From NCBI GenBank assembly GCA_001751075.1, contig MAVP01000001.1, positions 1 to 61,139 on the forward strand: a stretch of DNA of 61,139 nt, given 5' to 3'. This DNA comes from Desulfobacterales bacterium S7086C20. Its GTDB lineage: Bacteria; Desulfobacterota; Desulfobacteria; Desulfobacterales; C00003060. The notes below the pieces were generated by a model. The model searched no databases, had not been told where the DNA came from, and saw only the letters and a list, made by a program, of their open reading frames with translations. The position numbers and the translations under genes are program-made. Positions within the stretch are counted from its first letter, which is position 1. Each line of letters opens with the position of its first letter. Positions 36,430 to 46,204 of the stretch are shown piece by piece.

Positions 36430-36712
36430 GAGACTCCAGGTAGTCATTCCATTCCAGGGGAAGCAAATACTTTTTCTGGTTGTTGCATTCCTTACAGGCG
36501 GTAACCACATTTCCTTTTTTGGTTTTACCACCTCGGATAAGGGGTACGATATGGTCCATGGTGAGTGCAGAGGGGGGGGACGATTTACGACAATAATAAC
36601 AACACCCTTTTGCCAGTTGACGCTTCCACCATTGAGACTGTCTCAGTTCACGGGCCTTATGCCGTTCAACATTGATGGAAGCCTCATCTTGTTCAACATT
36701 AAAATAGTCCAT
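36407..36712 (-). CDS. Small HNH endonuclease (YajD-like)
   Basis: ATG at 36712. CYYC...MDHIVPLIRGG...ACKECNNQK. There is a 23-nt convergent overlap with the preceding gene. Confidence 0.75.
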   Translation of the reverse strand: MDYFNVEQDEASINVERHKARELRQSQWWKRQLAKGCCYYCRKSSPPSALTMDHIVPLIRGGKTKKGNVVTACKECNNQKKYLLPLEWNDYLESLNENGDR

Positions 36713-36727
36713 CTCCCCCCCCGTTAT

Positions 36728-36934
36728 TGATGAATATTGACGGTCTCGTAAAAAGTCCAAGTTAGCGCTACGCTTCACTGCGTGTCTGCGTTGCGCTGCA
36801 TTTCGCAATCATTCAACGTACGATAAGTACGCCTCATGATTACAAAATAGCGCCACTGAAGTGGCTTGAGGACAGTATGCACGCCTTGAATTTGAACTTT
36901 TTACAAAACCGTCTAAATCTGACTTTTTACGATT
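36728..36934 (+). repeat. Family A repeat (variant A1), copy 2
   Basis: Matches 2985..3157 and begins with TGATGAATATTGAC, as the next copy does. Confidence 0.8.
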
Positions 36935-37154
36935 TGATGAATATTGACGACTTCGCAAAAAGTCCATCTGCGGCGTTGCGCTTCATCCCCGCCCTGTTAA
37001 ATTCTCGCTACGCGAGACGGCAAAGCCGATTTAACAGGGTAAATCATTGCGACGTACGATAAGTACGTCTCATTCCTCAAAACTCGCGCGCCTTGCATCT
37101 GGAGCTTTTTACTGTGTCGTCTGTTTATAGACTTTTTGCAAGTCCATCAATATT
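36935..37154 (+). repeat. Family A repeat (variant A2), copy 2, in tandem with the A1 copy
   Basis: Near-identical to 33781..33994. The TIR is AATATTGACGACTTCGCAAAAAGTCCA / TAGACTTTTTGCAAGTCCATCAATATT. Confidence 0.85.
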
Positions 37155-37163
37155 AAAGGCTTT

Positions 37164-37188
37164 TATCCATAAAGTCCATTTATGGATA
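37164..37188 (+). other. 10-bp perfect hairpin upstream of the DEAD-box helicase gene
   Basis: TATCCATAAA-GTCCA-TTTATGGATA, 60 nt upstream of the ATG at 37248. Confidence 0.5.
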
Positions 37189-37247
37189 GGTACTTGTTCA
37201 TAACCTGCTTGCAAAGAAAGCAGATTTAACCTATATTAATATCCTTG

Positions 37248-38537
37248 ATGAGAAATGACAACACAGCAACAACAGAAGTCTCGTTCACAGAATTTGACCT
37301 TTCTCCGGAAATCTTAAATGGCATAGAAGCTGCCAAGTTTAAGACATGCACACCTATTCAGGCCCTTTCTCTCCCATCGACCTTAAAGGGCAAGGATATC
37401 GCCGCCCAAGCACAGACCGGTACCGGCAAAACAGCCGCTTTTCTCATTACAATCCTCCATCGCCTTGAGCAACAAAAACTGCAAGGCCATGGGCCTCATG
37501 CATTGATCATTGCTCCAACCCGCGAGCTTGCCCTTCAAATCTGCGATGAGGCCAAACTATTGGGAAGCCATACTAATTTCAAGATACAACCCGTCTTTGG
37601 TGGTATCGATTACATAAAACAGCAAACAGCCCTTCGCCAAGGCCCTGATATTGTCGTAGCCACACCGGGCCGTCTTATTGACTATATGAAACAAAAGGTC
37701 TTCCGCCCCAAGGGTGTTCATATTCTGGTAATTGACGAAGCAGATAGGCTCTTTGATATGGGCTTTTTGAAGGATCTGCGCTTTATCCTTAGGCGCTTGC
37801 CCCCCCGCAACAAGCGCCAGTCCATGCTTTTTTCGGCTACACTTTCTTACGCAGTGATGGAGTTAGCCTACGAACACATGAATGATGCCCAGGAGATCTT
37901 TGTAGATCGGAACAAAATTACCGTAAAAGAGATAAACCAGGTACTCTACCATGTTGGGAATAAAGTTAAGCCAAATCTGCTGTTCGGTCTTTTAAAGCGT
38001 GAGAAATGGAAAAGAGTGCTTATCTTTGCCAATACCCGCACGGGTGTTGATATGCTTGCTCACAAACTTAGGGGCAACGCATTTCCGGCCATCGGCATTA
38101 CCGGCACGGTTGATCAGAAAAAGCGCTTGAAGATCATGCAGCGTTTTAAGGCCGGCGAAATCAAGATCCTTGTAGCTACAGACGTAGCTTCTCGGGGTAT
38201 TCATGTGGATGATATTGATATTGTTATAAATTACGACATCCCGCAAGACCCGGAGGATTATATCCATCGAATCGGGCGAACGGGAAGAGCCGGCAAGACA
38301 GGCAAGGCAATTACCCTGGCCTGCGAAACCTACGTATATTACCTGGAGGCTGCGGAAGAGCTGATTCAAGAAAAGATAAACGTAGAATGGCCTGAAGATG
38401 ATTGGTACGAGAAAGACCGCGCAGGACCCATGCATGTAAGGCGAACCAAGAGATTACCACATCGCCTTCCATCCAAGCACCTCGGCAAAAAAAGACCTTC
38501 ACGGCGCAGACCTGACCGGCGCCAACCCAAACGATAA
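37248..38537 (+). CDS. DEAD-box ATP-dependent RNA helicase (RhlE-like) with a basic C-terminal tail
   Basis: Q motif, AQTGTGKT, DEAD, SAT and HRIGRTGRAG motifs. Confidence 0.9.
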   Translation: MRNDNTATTEVSFTEFDLSPEILNGIEAAKFKTCTPIQALSLPSTLKGKDIAAQAQTGTGKTAAFLITILHRLEQQKLQGHGPHALIIAPTRELALQICDEAKLLGSHTNFKIQPVFGGIDYIKQQTALRQGPDIVVATPGRLIDYMKQKVFRPKGVHILVIDEADRLFDMGFLKDLRFILRRLPPRNKRQSMLFSATLSYAVMELAYEHMNDAQEIFVDRNKITVKEINQVLYHVGNKVKPNLLFGLLKREKWKRVLIFANTRTGVDMLAHKLRGNAFPAIGITGTVDQKKRLKIMQRFKAGEIKILVATDVASRGIHVDDIDIVINYDIPQDPEDYIHRIGRTGRAGKTGKAITLACETYVYYLEAAEELIQEKINVEWPEDDWYEKDRAGPMHVRRTKRLPHRLPSKHLGKKRPSRRRPDRRQPKR

Positions 38538-38541
38538 CGGC

Positions 38542-39390
38542 TTAATCCGTCCCATTTGTAAGACTCAACCCTATCCCTTCAAGCCATTCGCTGACTGCCT
38601 TTTCCACGAACTCATAGTACCTGAAAGAGCCCCCCAACCCTCTTCGTCCGAAAAAGTAATTGATCTCAAGGAAAAAAGGGCTGGAATCTTTCTCGTTGTT
38701 GGGAAATAGCAAGTCAAAACCTGCAAGGTTAATCCCTGTCTTCGAACAAAACTCTTCTACCATTGTCCTGCCCCTTGCCTGCAGCTCAGGGGCAAACGAG
38801 TAATCGATTACTCCACCCGCCTTGACGTTTGTAAGAAACTGGGAGCTGTTTTGTTGAAAACGCCAGTAACTGTAAAGTCGGCCACCTATGACGACAACAC
38901 GCAAATCCCTTCCCCCGGTCGGAACATATTCTTGGAGTAAGAAGCCTTTCCGACCACCCCGTTCCATATCCTTGGCCCTTTTCAAACACCGTTCCAAGCT
39001 ATTATTAGTCTCAAGCAAGAAGACCTCATCTCCCTCACCACCCCAGTCAGACTTAAAGACATATGGAAACTCCAAAGGACTTGACTGTGGATAATCAAAG
39101 CGGAAGGAATCAACTGAATCAAAGAGATAGGTCACAGGAAAAGGGGCGCGTATTTCTTGAAATAGTCTTGCCTGACCGAGTTTTCTCGGGAAATCGAAGC
39201 GAACATCATAGTTCGGAAATATGTGCAAACAGTGTTTCCGACACATTCCGTAGAGATCTTCACTACATCCTTGAGGAAGGATGATGGCTTCAGCCTTTCT
39301 AATGATTGCTTCATCTTTTTCGTCTGGAAACCGACCCGCACACAGGATGTTTTCGTCAGCTACAACATTTGGATGAAATGATAAAATCAT
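38542..39390 (-). CDS. ATP-grasp (RimK-like) ligase-family protein
   Basis: ATG at 39390, 1 nt after the era stop (TGAGATG). LLQEYVP..GRDLRVVVIGG and FLEINYFFG are ATP-grasp-like. Confidence 0.6.
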   Translation of the reverse strand: MILSFHPNVVADENILCAGRFPDEKDEAIIRKAEAIILPQGCSEDLYGMCRKHCLHIFPNYDVRFDFPRKLGQARLFQEIRAPFPVTYLFDSVDSFRFDYPQSSPLEFPYVFKSDWGGEGDEVFLLETNNSLERCLKRAKDMERGGRKGFLLQEYVPTGGRDLRVVVIGGRLYSYWRFQQNSSQFLTNVKAGGVIDYSFAPELQARGRTMVEEFCSKTGINLAGFDLLFPNNEKDSSPFFLEINYFFGRRGLGGSFRYYEFVEKAVSEWLEGIGLSLTNGTD

Positions 39391-39391
39391 C

Positions 39392-40300
39392 TCAATAACC
39401 AAATCCCTTTACGATCTTCTCATCCTTTGTCCAGTTCTTTCGCACCTGAACCCAAAGCCTTAAAAACACCTTACGCCCTACCATTTGCTCGATGTCCTTC
39501 CTGGCATACTCTCCAATTTGCTTCAGCATCTTGCCTTTCTTCCCTATAATAATAGGCTTTTGTGACTGTCGCTCCACATAAATAGTAGCATAGATCTCTA
39601 CCAGATCCTTGTCCACGCGCTCCTTGAAGGATTCCACCACAACAGCCACAGAATAAGGAATCTCATCGCCGGTAAGTCGAAACACCTTTTCTCTAACCAC
39701 CTCCGCCGCTATGAAGCGTTGGCTTACATCCGTAAGGTTTTCTTCTGGATAATATCTCGGCCCTTCCGGGAGAAGTTTTATCATCTCTGAGACCAGCTCA
39801 TCAACCTGTATTCCTTGAAGGGCAGAAATCGGGATAATGGCCTCAAAAGGATATGCACTGCGCCACCTGTCGATAAGAGGAAGGACCATTTTCTTCTTTA
39901 TCAAGTCTACTTTGTTCATGGCGAGAATTACCGGCACCCCCTCCTTTCTTAAGGCCTGAAGGATCATCTCGTCTGGATTTCCACCCTGACCAGCACCATC
40001 AATCATCAAGATTGCCAAATCTGCATCTGCCAAAACCTGCATCGCCACTTCAACCATCCGTTTGTTTAAGACCCCTTTTCCACGGTGAATACCCGGTGTG
40101 TCTAGAAAGATAAGTTGCGCCTGAGGCAGATGGCAAATGCCCATGATGCGGTTACGCGTGGTCTGGGGTTTTGCCGAGGTAATCGCGATTTTTTGGCCAA
40201 GGATTCGGTTTAGAAGGGTCGATTTTCCCACATTGGGCGCACCAATAATAGAAACAAACCCTGACTTAAATGTCGTATCCGTTCTCATATGGTGCGCCAT
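39392..40300 (-). CDS. era: GTPase Era
   Basis: GAPNVGKSTLLN, DTPG, NKVD and a C-terminal KH domain. The start is 40300 or 40288. Confidence 0.9.
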   Translation of the reverse strand: MAHHMRTDTTFKSGFVSIIGAPNVGKSTLLNRILGQKIAITSAKPQTTRNRIMGICHLPQAQLIFLDTPGIHRGKGVLNKRMVEVAMQVLADADLAILMIDGAGQGGNPDEMILQALRKEGVPVILAMNKVDLIKKKMVLPLIDRWRSAYPFEAIIPISALQGIQVDELVSEMIKLLPEGPRYYPEENLTDVSQRFIAAEVVREKVFRLTGDEIPYSVAVVVESFKERVDKDLVEIYATIYVERQSQKPIIIGKKGKMLKQIGEYARKDIEQMVGRKVFLRLWVQVRKNWTKDEKIVKGFGY

Positions 40301-40405
40301 TTTAGTAGGGAGTATCACAAAATGCAATGGTTGGTTGTGGCTGGGGCAGATAAAAGGAAACGTACGAGGCAATGGCGGCACCAAAAGAAAGTGACGTCCT
40401 TTTAT

Positions 40406-40963
40406 TTACAACAGACTCTCCAAAAACTTCAAAACCGATTCGTCATCCCATTTCGCCGCCCCGATGTGCTGATATACTATGTGACCTGTGCGGTCGATGA
40501 TGAAAGTCCTTGGAATTCTTTTGCGCGGCCCAAAAACAGGCGGCACAGCCAACTTATGGAGGTAAATCGGGAGCCTGATTTTCTTGATTGATATATACTT
40601 CTGCACCGTCTCTTGGTCCTGATACGATGCTATGATAAATTCAATGTCATCCTTGTCCCTCAAAGACTCATACAATCGCTGGATACTGGACATTTGGGCC
40701 TTACAATGGGGACACCAAGTGGCCCAGAAATGGAGAAACACCACTCTGTTTTTGAACTTTGACAAACCTACGTCTTCTCCGTTCAGACGGCGAATGGTCC
40801 AGTTATAGTCTGTTTGGTCATACAGCTGAACATCCGAAATATATGGTAATAGGGGTGGTTTTAACTCTTCAGCCGCTTCGGGCTTGACAGGATCTATGAA
40901 CAAGTGTGTCACAGCCAAGGCTGCAGACAAAAAGAACAAAACAATCCGGCTAGTTGTTTTCAT
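40406..40963 (-). CDS. Exported TlpA/ResA-like thiol-disulfide oxidoreductase
   Basis: Signal peptide, then FLHFWATWCPHCK (CXXC thioredoxin fold). Confidence 0.8.
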   Translation of the reverse strand: MKTTSRIVLFFLSAALAVTHLFIDPVKPEAAEELKPPLLPYISDVQLYDQTDYNWTIRRLNGEDVGLSKFKNRVVFLHFWATWCPHCKAQMSSIQRLYESLRDKDDIEFIIASYQDQETVQKYISIKKIRLPIYLHKLAVPPVFGPRKRIPRTFIIDRTGHIVYQHIGAAKWDDESVLKFLESLL

Positions 40964-41017
40964 GTTCTACACCTCTTTTATATTAGCTTCTTCGGTCAAA
41001 AGGTCCGGACCGTCTGC

Positions 41018-41527
41018 TTATTCTGGCTTGTACCAGAACTTGACGAGATGTTTGTTATCATTAATCTTGAAGAGACAGATAATTCCGTGCTTGCCTTTCC
41101 CTTCAACCGTGAAATTAGCGGCATAAATGCCGCTATAGTCCTTCAGACTCGCAACTTGCTCTTTTCCCGAAGGTGGAATCACTTTAATCTTGCCAATAAC
41201 CTTAGTAGTGTGTTCCTTAGTGGATTGATTAAAAAACTTCACCATAACGTGGTGAGTATTTCCTTCCGGATCATTCATTTTCATTTCATCCAGACTCATC
41301 ACTTGAAATTCCGCACGGATCCCATCAACGACAGCCTCGTGGGAAAAAGTGTTCCCCATGGAACCGTGGCCCCCTGATTCGTGGCCAGATTGGGACCCGT
41401 GGTCCATTTTCTCCTGGCTGGTTTTCGATCCGTGACCACCGTGTTCACCGGTAGCGTTTGCCATGCTCGCACTTCCAATGCCAAACAGCAGCGCCATTGT
41501 TACTGTCAATAACCGTTTCATCATCAT
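41018..41527 (-). CDS. Periplasmic His-rich putative metal-binding protein
   Basis: Signal peptide, then an EHGGHGS...HGSQSGHESGGHGSMG tract and a beta-rich domain. It lies directly downstream of cusA. The family assignment (YtkA-like?) is uncertain. Confidence 0.5.
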   Translation of the reverse strand: MMMKRLLTVTMALLFGIGSASMANATGEHGGHGSKTSQEKMDHGSQSGHESGGHGSMGNTFSHEAVVDGIRAEFQVMSLDEMKMNDPEGNTHHVMVKFFNQSTKEHTTKVIGKIKVIPPSGKEQVASLKDYSGIYAANFTVEGKGKHGIICLFKINDNKHLVKFWYKPE

Positions 41528-41613
41528 TCAATCCTCCATTCTCTTTTCTTGTTTGCTGAATTTGTTACTGGGATTCAAAATCCAGTGTTACAAATGTTTT
41601 TCACGTAAAAAAA

Positions 41614-44600
41614 CTACTTCGGTAATTCCCATCCCTTCCAGATTCCGTAGATCGCCGGCACCACGATGAGCGTCAAGATGGTAGCACTCACCATGCCTCC
41701 TACCATGGGTGCAGCGATGCGCTTCATGACTTGTGATCCAGCACCATGACTCCACATGATGGGCATGAGTCCTGCCATTATGGCTACCACCGTCATCAAT
41801 TTGGGCCGTACTCGTAGGGCAGCGCCTTCCTCAATAGCTTCGTAAAGACGCCGTTGATTGAAATCCGTTCCATACTTTGCCTTGAACTTGTTATAGGAAA
41901 GATCCAGATAGACCAACATGACGACACCCGTCTCTGCAGCCACGCCGGCCAGGGCTATGAATCCCACACCGACTGCCACACTCATGTTATAGCCCAGGAT
42001 GTACATGAGCCAAAATCCTCCGGTGAGAGAGAAGGGAACACTCAACATGACGACAAGACTTTCTGTCACGTTTTTGAAATTGAAGAAAAGAAGCAGAAAA
42101 ATAATCAACAAGGTCATAGGGACAACGATCATCAACCGTTTCTGGGCCCTTACCATGTATTCGTACTGGCCGCTCCAAACCATGCTATAGCCGGCAGGGA
42201 GCTTGATTTTATTTCGAACGACTTCCTGAGCATTTTTAACGTAGGTACCCACATCCACACCCTTAATGTCAATAAAGACTAAGGCACTCGTTCGTGCGTT
42301 TTCGCTCTTGATGGCAGGGGCTCCCTTAACAATGCGGATATCCGCCAGTTGGGTGATGGGCACCTGGGCGCCCGTAGGGGTGGGGATAAGGATGCGCCGA
42401 AGCTTTTCCGGGGTATCCCTTAATTCCGAGCCGTAGCGAACATTCACCGGGTAGCGTTCCAGACCCTCAACTGTCCTTGTTACGTTCATGCCACCAACGG
42501 CGCTCATGATGACGTCTTGAACATCCCCTACGGTAAGGCCATACCGTGCGGCCTGATCCCGTTTAATTCGATAGTCCAAAAAATTACCGCTGGTGACCCT
42601 TTCCGCATAGACACTCAGGGTGCCTGGCACATCTCTGATTACAGCCTCTACCTGCTCACCAAGATCGCTCAAGACTTGGAGATCTTCTCCCATGAGTTTG
42701 ATGCCTACAGGTGTTTTTATCCCCGTAGAGAGCATGTCAATTCGGGTTTTGATCGGCATGGTCCAGGCGTTGGTAAGCCCTGGAAACTGAATCGCTTTAT
42801 CGAGTTCATCCACCAGCTTCTCGATAGTCATGCCTTCTCGCCATTCATTCTCGGGTTTGAGCATGATGGTGGTTTCTATCATGGAAAGAGGTGCCGGATC
42901 TGTGGCCGTCTCCGCCCGCCCGATTTTGCCAAATACATGATGTACTTCTGGGAAGGAGCCAATGATGCGATCAGTCTGTTGAAGCAGCTCTTTAGCCTTG
43001 GTGATCGAAATCCCAGGCAGTGTGGTGGGCATATAAAGCAGATCCCCTTCGTTTAAAGGTGGCATAAACTCGGAGCCGATCTTTTTCCATGGGATATAGG
43101 TTAGGCCCAATACGACTACTGCTAGAAGGATAACGAGCATTTTCATTTTCAGGACCAGCTTGATGATGGGATGGTAAATCCAAATAAGAACGCGATTCAC
43201 CGGGTTCTTTCCTTCAGGCCGGATCTTGCCCCGGATCAGATAGCCCATTAAAATTGGTACGATTGTAATGGCTAGGACCGAAGAGCCGAGCATTGCATAG
43301 GTCTTGGTAAAAGCCAGGGGGCGGAAAAGTCTGCCTTCCTGGGCTTGCAAGGTAAAGACTGGGAGAAAGCTGATGGCGATGATCACCAGCGAGAAGAAAA
43401 GGGCCGGCCCCACCTCTTTGGACGCATCTGCAATCAGCTCCCAGTGGGGCTTTTTGCCACCATCGTTCTCGATGTGCTTGTGGGCGTTTTCTATCATGAC
43501 AATGGCTGCATCCACCATGGCACCAACTGCGATAGCAATGCCTCCCAAGCTCATGATATTTGCGTTGATTCCCTGTCGTTCCATGATAATGAAACTAATG
43601 AGAACTGCTACAGGCAGGGTAAAGATAGCCACCAGGGCGCTTCGAAGATGGAGCAAGAAAATGATGCAGACTACCGCCACAATGATACTCTCTTCTATGA
43701 GCGTGCCTTTGAGGCTGTCCACCGCTCTTAAGATTAAAGCAGAACGGTCATAGACGGGTTGGATTTTTACGCCTTCGGGGAGCCCCCTTTTGAGTTCTTC
43801 CAGCCTTTTCTTGACATTTTGAATCACCTCCAGAGCGTTTTCCCCGTAGCGCATGACGATGATGCCCCCAACCACCTCGCCCGTGCCGTTGTAGTCGGCA
43901 ATGCCTCGTCTGAGTTCCGGGCCGATCTTAATCGTGGCTACGTTGCGCAGCAATATTGGTGTTCCCCGTTGGTTTACACCTAAGGGAACATTTTCGAGAT
44001 CCTCTATTCCGGTGATGTATCCCAGTCCACGGACCATAAACTCGGTCTCTCCCATCTCTATCAGTTTGCCGCCTACGTCGTTGTTGCTCCGCTTGATAGC
44101 CATCCTTACCTTCTGCAACGAGACGTTGAAGGCCACTAATTTGTTGGGATCAACAATGACCTGATACTGCTTAACGTAGCCGCCAACAGAGGCCACTTCA
44201 GCCACACCTGGAACACTGGTAAGCTCGTAGCGCAGAAACCAGTCCTGAATCGATCGCAGCTGTGCCAGATCGTGTTGGTCGCTTTCTAAGATGTACTCAT
44301 AAACCCAACCAACACCGGTAGCATCCGGGCCCAGGGTCGGGGTGACCCCTTCTGGCAAGCGACTGGAGACGTAATTGAGATATTCAAGCACCCGGCTTCT
44401 GGCCCAGTACATGTCCGTGCCATCTTCAAAAATGATATAGACAAAAGAAAGACCGAAGAATGAGTACCCGCGAACTACCTTGGCAAAGGGGACCGCCAGC
44501 ATGGCCGTAGTGAGGGGATAGGTAACCTGGTCTTCCACCACTTGAGGGGCTTGCCCCGGGAATTCCGTAAAAATGATGACCTGGACATCTGAGAGGTCCG

Positions 44601-44718
44601 GTATAGCATCCAGGGGGGTGCGGGCCATGGCATAGATCCCGCCCAAGATGACAAACAGCGTCATCAAGATAACCAGGAACTTATTCCTGATGGAATATTC
44701 GATAATCCTCTCGATCAT
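41614..44718 (-). CDS. cusA: Heavy-metal-efflux RND permease, CusA-like
   Basis: 1034 aa with 12-TM RND architecture. DLLYMPTTLPGISI is typical of the CusA clade. Confidence 0.85.
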   Translation of the reverse strand: MIERIIEYSIRNKFLVILMTLFVILGGIYAMARTPLDAIPDLSDVQVIIFTEFPGQAPQVVEDQVTYPLTTAMLAVPFAKVVRGYSFFGLSFVYIIFEDGTDMYWARSRVLEYLNYVSSRLPEGVTPTLGPDATGVGWVYEYILESDQHDLAQLRSIQDWFLRYELTSVPGVAEVASVGGYVKQYQVIVDPNKLVAFNVSLQKVRMAIKRSNNDVGGKLIEMGETEFMVRGLGYITGIEDLENVPLGVNQRGTPILLRNVATIKIGPELRRGIADYNGTGEVVGGIIVMRYGENALEVIQNVKKRLEELKRGLPEGVKIQPVYDRSALILRAVDSLKGTLIEESIIVAVVCIIFLLHLRSALVAIFTLPVAVLISFIIMERQGINANIMSLGGIAIAVGAMVDAAIVMIENAHKHIENDGGKKPHWELIADASKEVGPALFFSLVIIAISFLPVFTLQAQEGRLFRPLAFTKTYAMLGSSVLAITIVPILMGYLIRGKIRPEGKNPVNRVLIWIYHPIIKLVLKMKMLVILLAVVVLGLTYIPWKKIGSEFMPPLNEGDLLYMPTTLPGISITKAKELLQQTDRIIGSFPEVHHVFGKIGRAETATDPAPLSMIETTIMLKPENEWREGMTIEKLVDELDKAIQFPGLTNAWTMPIKTRIDMLSTGIKTPVGIKLMGEDLQVLSDLGEQVEAVIRDVPGTLSVYAERVTSGNFLDYRIKRDQAARYGLTVGDVQDVIMSAVGGMNVTRTVEGLERYPVNVRYGSELRDTPEKLRRILIPTPTGAQVPITQLADIRIVKGAPAIKSENARTSALVFIDIKGVDVGTYVKNAQEVVRNKIKLPAGYSMVWSGQYEYMVRAQKRLMIVVPMTLLIIFLLLFFNFKNVTESLVVMLSVPFSLTGGFWLMYILGYNMSVAVGVGFIALAGVAAETGVVMLVYLDLSYNKFKAKYGTDFNQRRLYEAIEEGAALRVRPKLMTVVAIMAGLMPIMWSHGAGSQVMKRIAAPMVGGMVSATILTLIVVPAIYGIWKGWELPK

Positions 44719-44737
44719 TGCTGTGTCCTCGTTTCGG

Positions 44738-46204
44738 TCACTTATACTGATGGCTACCCTTCACTTCAGGCTCCTCATCCATGGTGATGTCTGACATATC
44801 GAAATCATCGTCGATAGTAATGTCAGACATGTCCAAATCATCGTCTTTTATCTTTTCAGTGGATGGCTGGGTAGTACCAGAACGGACTTCCAGCATCTTT
44901 TGGATAGCTTCTCGGAGGCGACTTTCCGAATCCAACATAAACTGGGCGGAAACCACGATTTTCTCGCCTTCGCTGAGGCCTTGGAGCACCTGAAATTCAT
45001 GATCTTTTCCCTCTACACCCAGTTCGACCTCCCGCGGCTGAAACTTGCCCTTCCCCAACGATACGAAGACGACCTTGCGTACGCCGCTGTCTATGACTGC
45101 CTCTTGGGGGATGACCAGACTGTCTTTTGCTACAACGGAATTCAGGTAGATATTAGCGTACATGTTCGGCTTGAGTTGATAGCCGGGATTGGCGAACTGC
45201 AATCTCAGTTTGGCCGTCCTGGTCTTGGTCTCCAGGTAAGGGTAGATGTAAAGGACCTTTCCATAATAAACTTTGCCAGGGATATAGCTCAGCTCCATCT
45301 TCGCCTCCATGCCCTCTCGCACCCATGGCAGCTCGTACTCGTAGATGTCTACGTCAACCCAGACTGTTGAGAGATCGGCGATCTCATATTGGTGGATTCC
45401 TGCCTTGACATAGTGCCCTGTAAAGGCGATTTTTTTGATAACGACGCCTGAAGCCGGAGAGTGGATGGTAACTGTTTTCCGCGTTTTCCTGGTTCGTTCG
45501 ATTTTTTTGATCTGTTTTTCAGTCACATCCCAATAGCGCAATCGGGTACGGGAGGCATTAAGGAGCCGTTCAGCGCCTTCACGAATACTAGGATACGTGC
45601 TGGCAGATAGACTGGCATGTTGCTGAAGCGCCAATAGGTATTCCTCCTGTGCTGTCAAAAGCTCTGGGCTGTAAATGTCAAATAGAGGTTGTCCCTTTTT
45701 CACCTTGGTACCAACGAAATCCACATAGAGTTTTTCAATCCATCCGTTGAATTTGGTGTTTACAGTATAGATTTTGGTCTCGTCGTAGGTGACGTTGCCG
45801 AAGGCTCTAATGTGTTTTACGAGGGGTTTTCGCGTAACCTTGGCAAGACGGACTCCCATGTTCTGGATGGTTATAGGGTCGATACGGATAGTGGAAGAGG
45901 GGTCTTTTTCTTCGCCTGCTTCCTCATAAACAGGTACCAGGTCCATGCCCATGGGCGATTTTCCCGGTTCGTTGCGGATATAAGTAGGGTCCATGGGGGC
46001 CGCCCAGTACTTGATCTTTTTCCCTGTCTTGGGGTCGACCATGCCTGCCTTGAGATTTTTTTCAGCAGCCATGACGACTGTGGTTGCAAAGCCGTTTTCT
46101 TTTAATAGTTCGGCCCTGTAGGTCGGCTGAAACACTAAAACAACTGCCAGGACAATCAGACCAGTTAGCCCCGAGGCTGCCATCAGTATGACGAGACGCT
46201 TCAT
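44738..46204 (-). CDS. cusB: Periplasmic adaptor (MFP), CusB-like, with an acidic Met-containing repeat tail
   Basis: YWAAPMDPTY..PGKSPMGMDLVPVYEE N-terminal metal motif, and biotinyl-lipoyl and beta-barrel regions. Confidence 0.8.
   Translation of the reverse strand: MKRLVILMAASGLTGLIVLAVVLVFQPTYRAELLKENGFATTVVMAAEKNLKAGMVDPKTGKKIKYWAAPMDPTYIRNEPGKSPMGMDLVPVYEEAGEEKDPSSTIRIDPITIQNMGVRLAKVTRKPLVKHIRAFGNVTYDETKIYTVNTKFNGWIEKLYVDFVGTKVKKGQPLFDIYSPELLTAQEEYLLALQQHASLSASTYPSIREGAERLLNASRTRLRYWDVTEKQIKKIERTRKTRKTVTIHSPASGVVIKKIAFTGHYVKAGIHQYEIADLSTVWVDVDIYEYELPWVREGMEAKMELSYIPGKVYYGKVLYIYPYLETKTRTAKLRLQFANPGYQLKPNMYANIYLNSVVAKDSLVIPQEAVIDSGVRKVVFVSLGKGKFQPREVELGVEGKDHEFQVLQGLSEGEKIVVSAQFMLDSESRLREAIQKMLEVRSGTTQPSTEKIKDDDLDMSDITIDDDFDMSDITMDEEPEVKGSHQYK

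Noticed and set aside
2985-37154. The repeat families considered as a CRISPR array
   Set aside because: The copies are 80-280 bp, internally palindromic, irregularly spaced and dispersed over the window. There is no short-repeat/spacer periodicity and no cas genes.
42517-43056. Long antisense ORFs inside large genes, for example 42517..43056 and 43304..43753 in cusA, 1576..2046 in the kinase, 7996..8625 in rnfB and 51950..52573 in cysK
   Set aside because: These are shadow ORFs opposite strongly supported genes, with low-complexity or unrecognisable translations.
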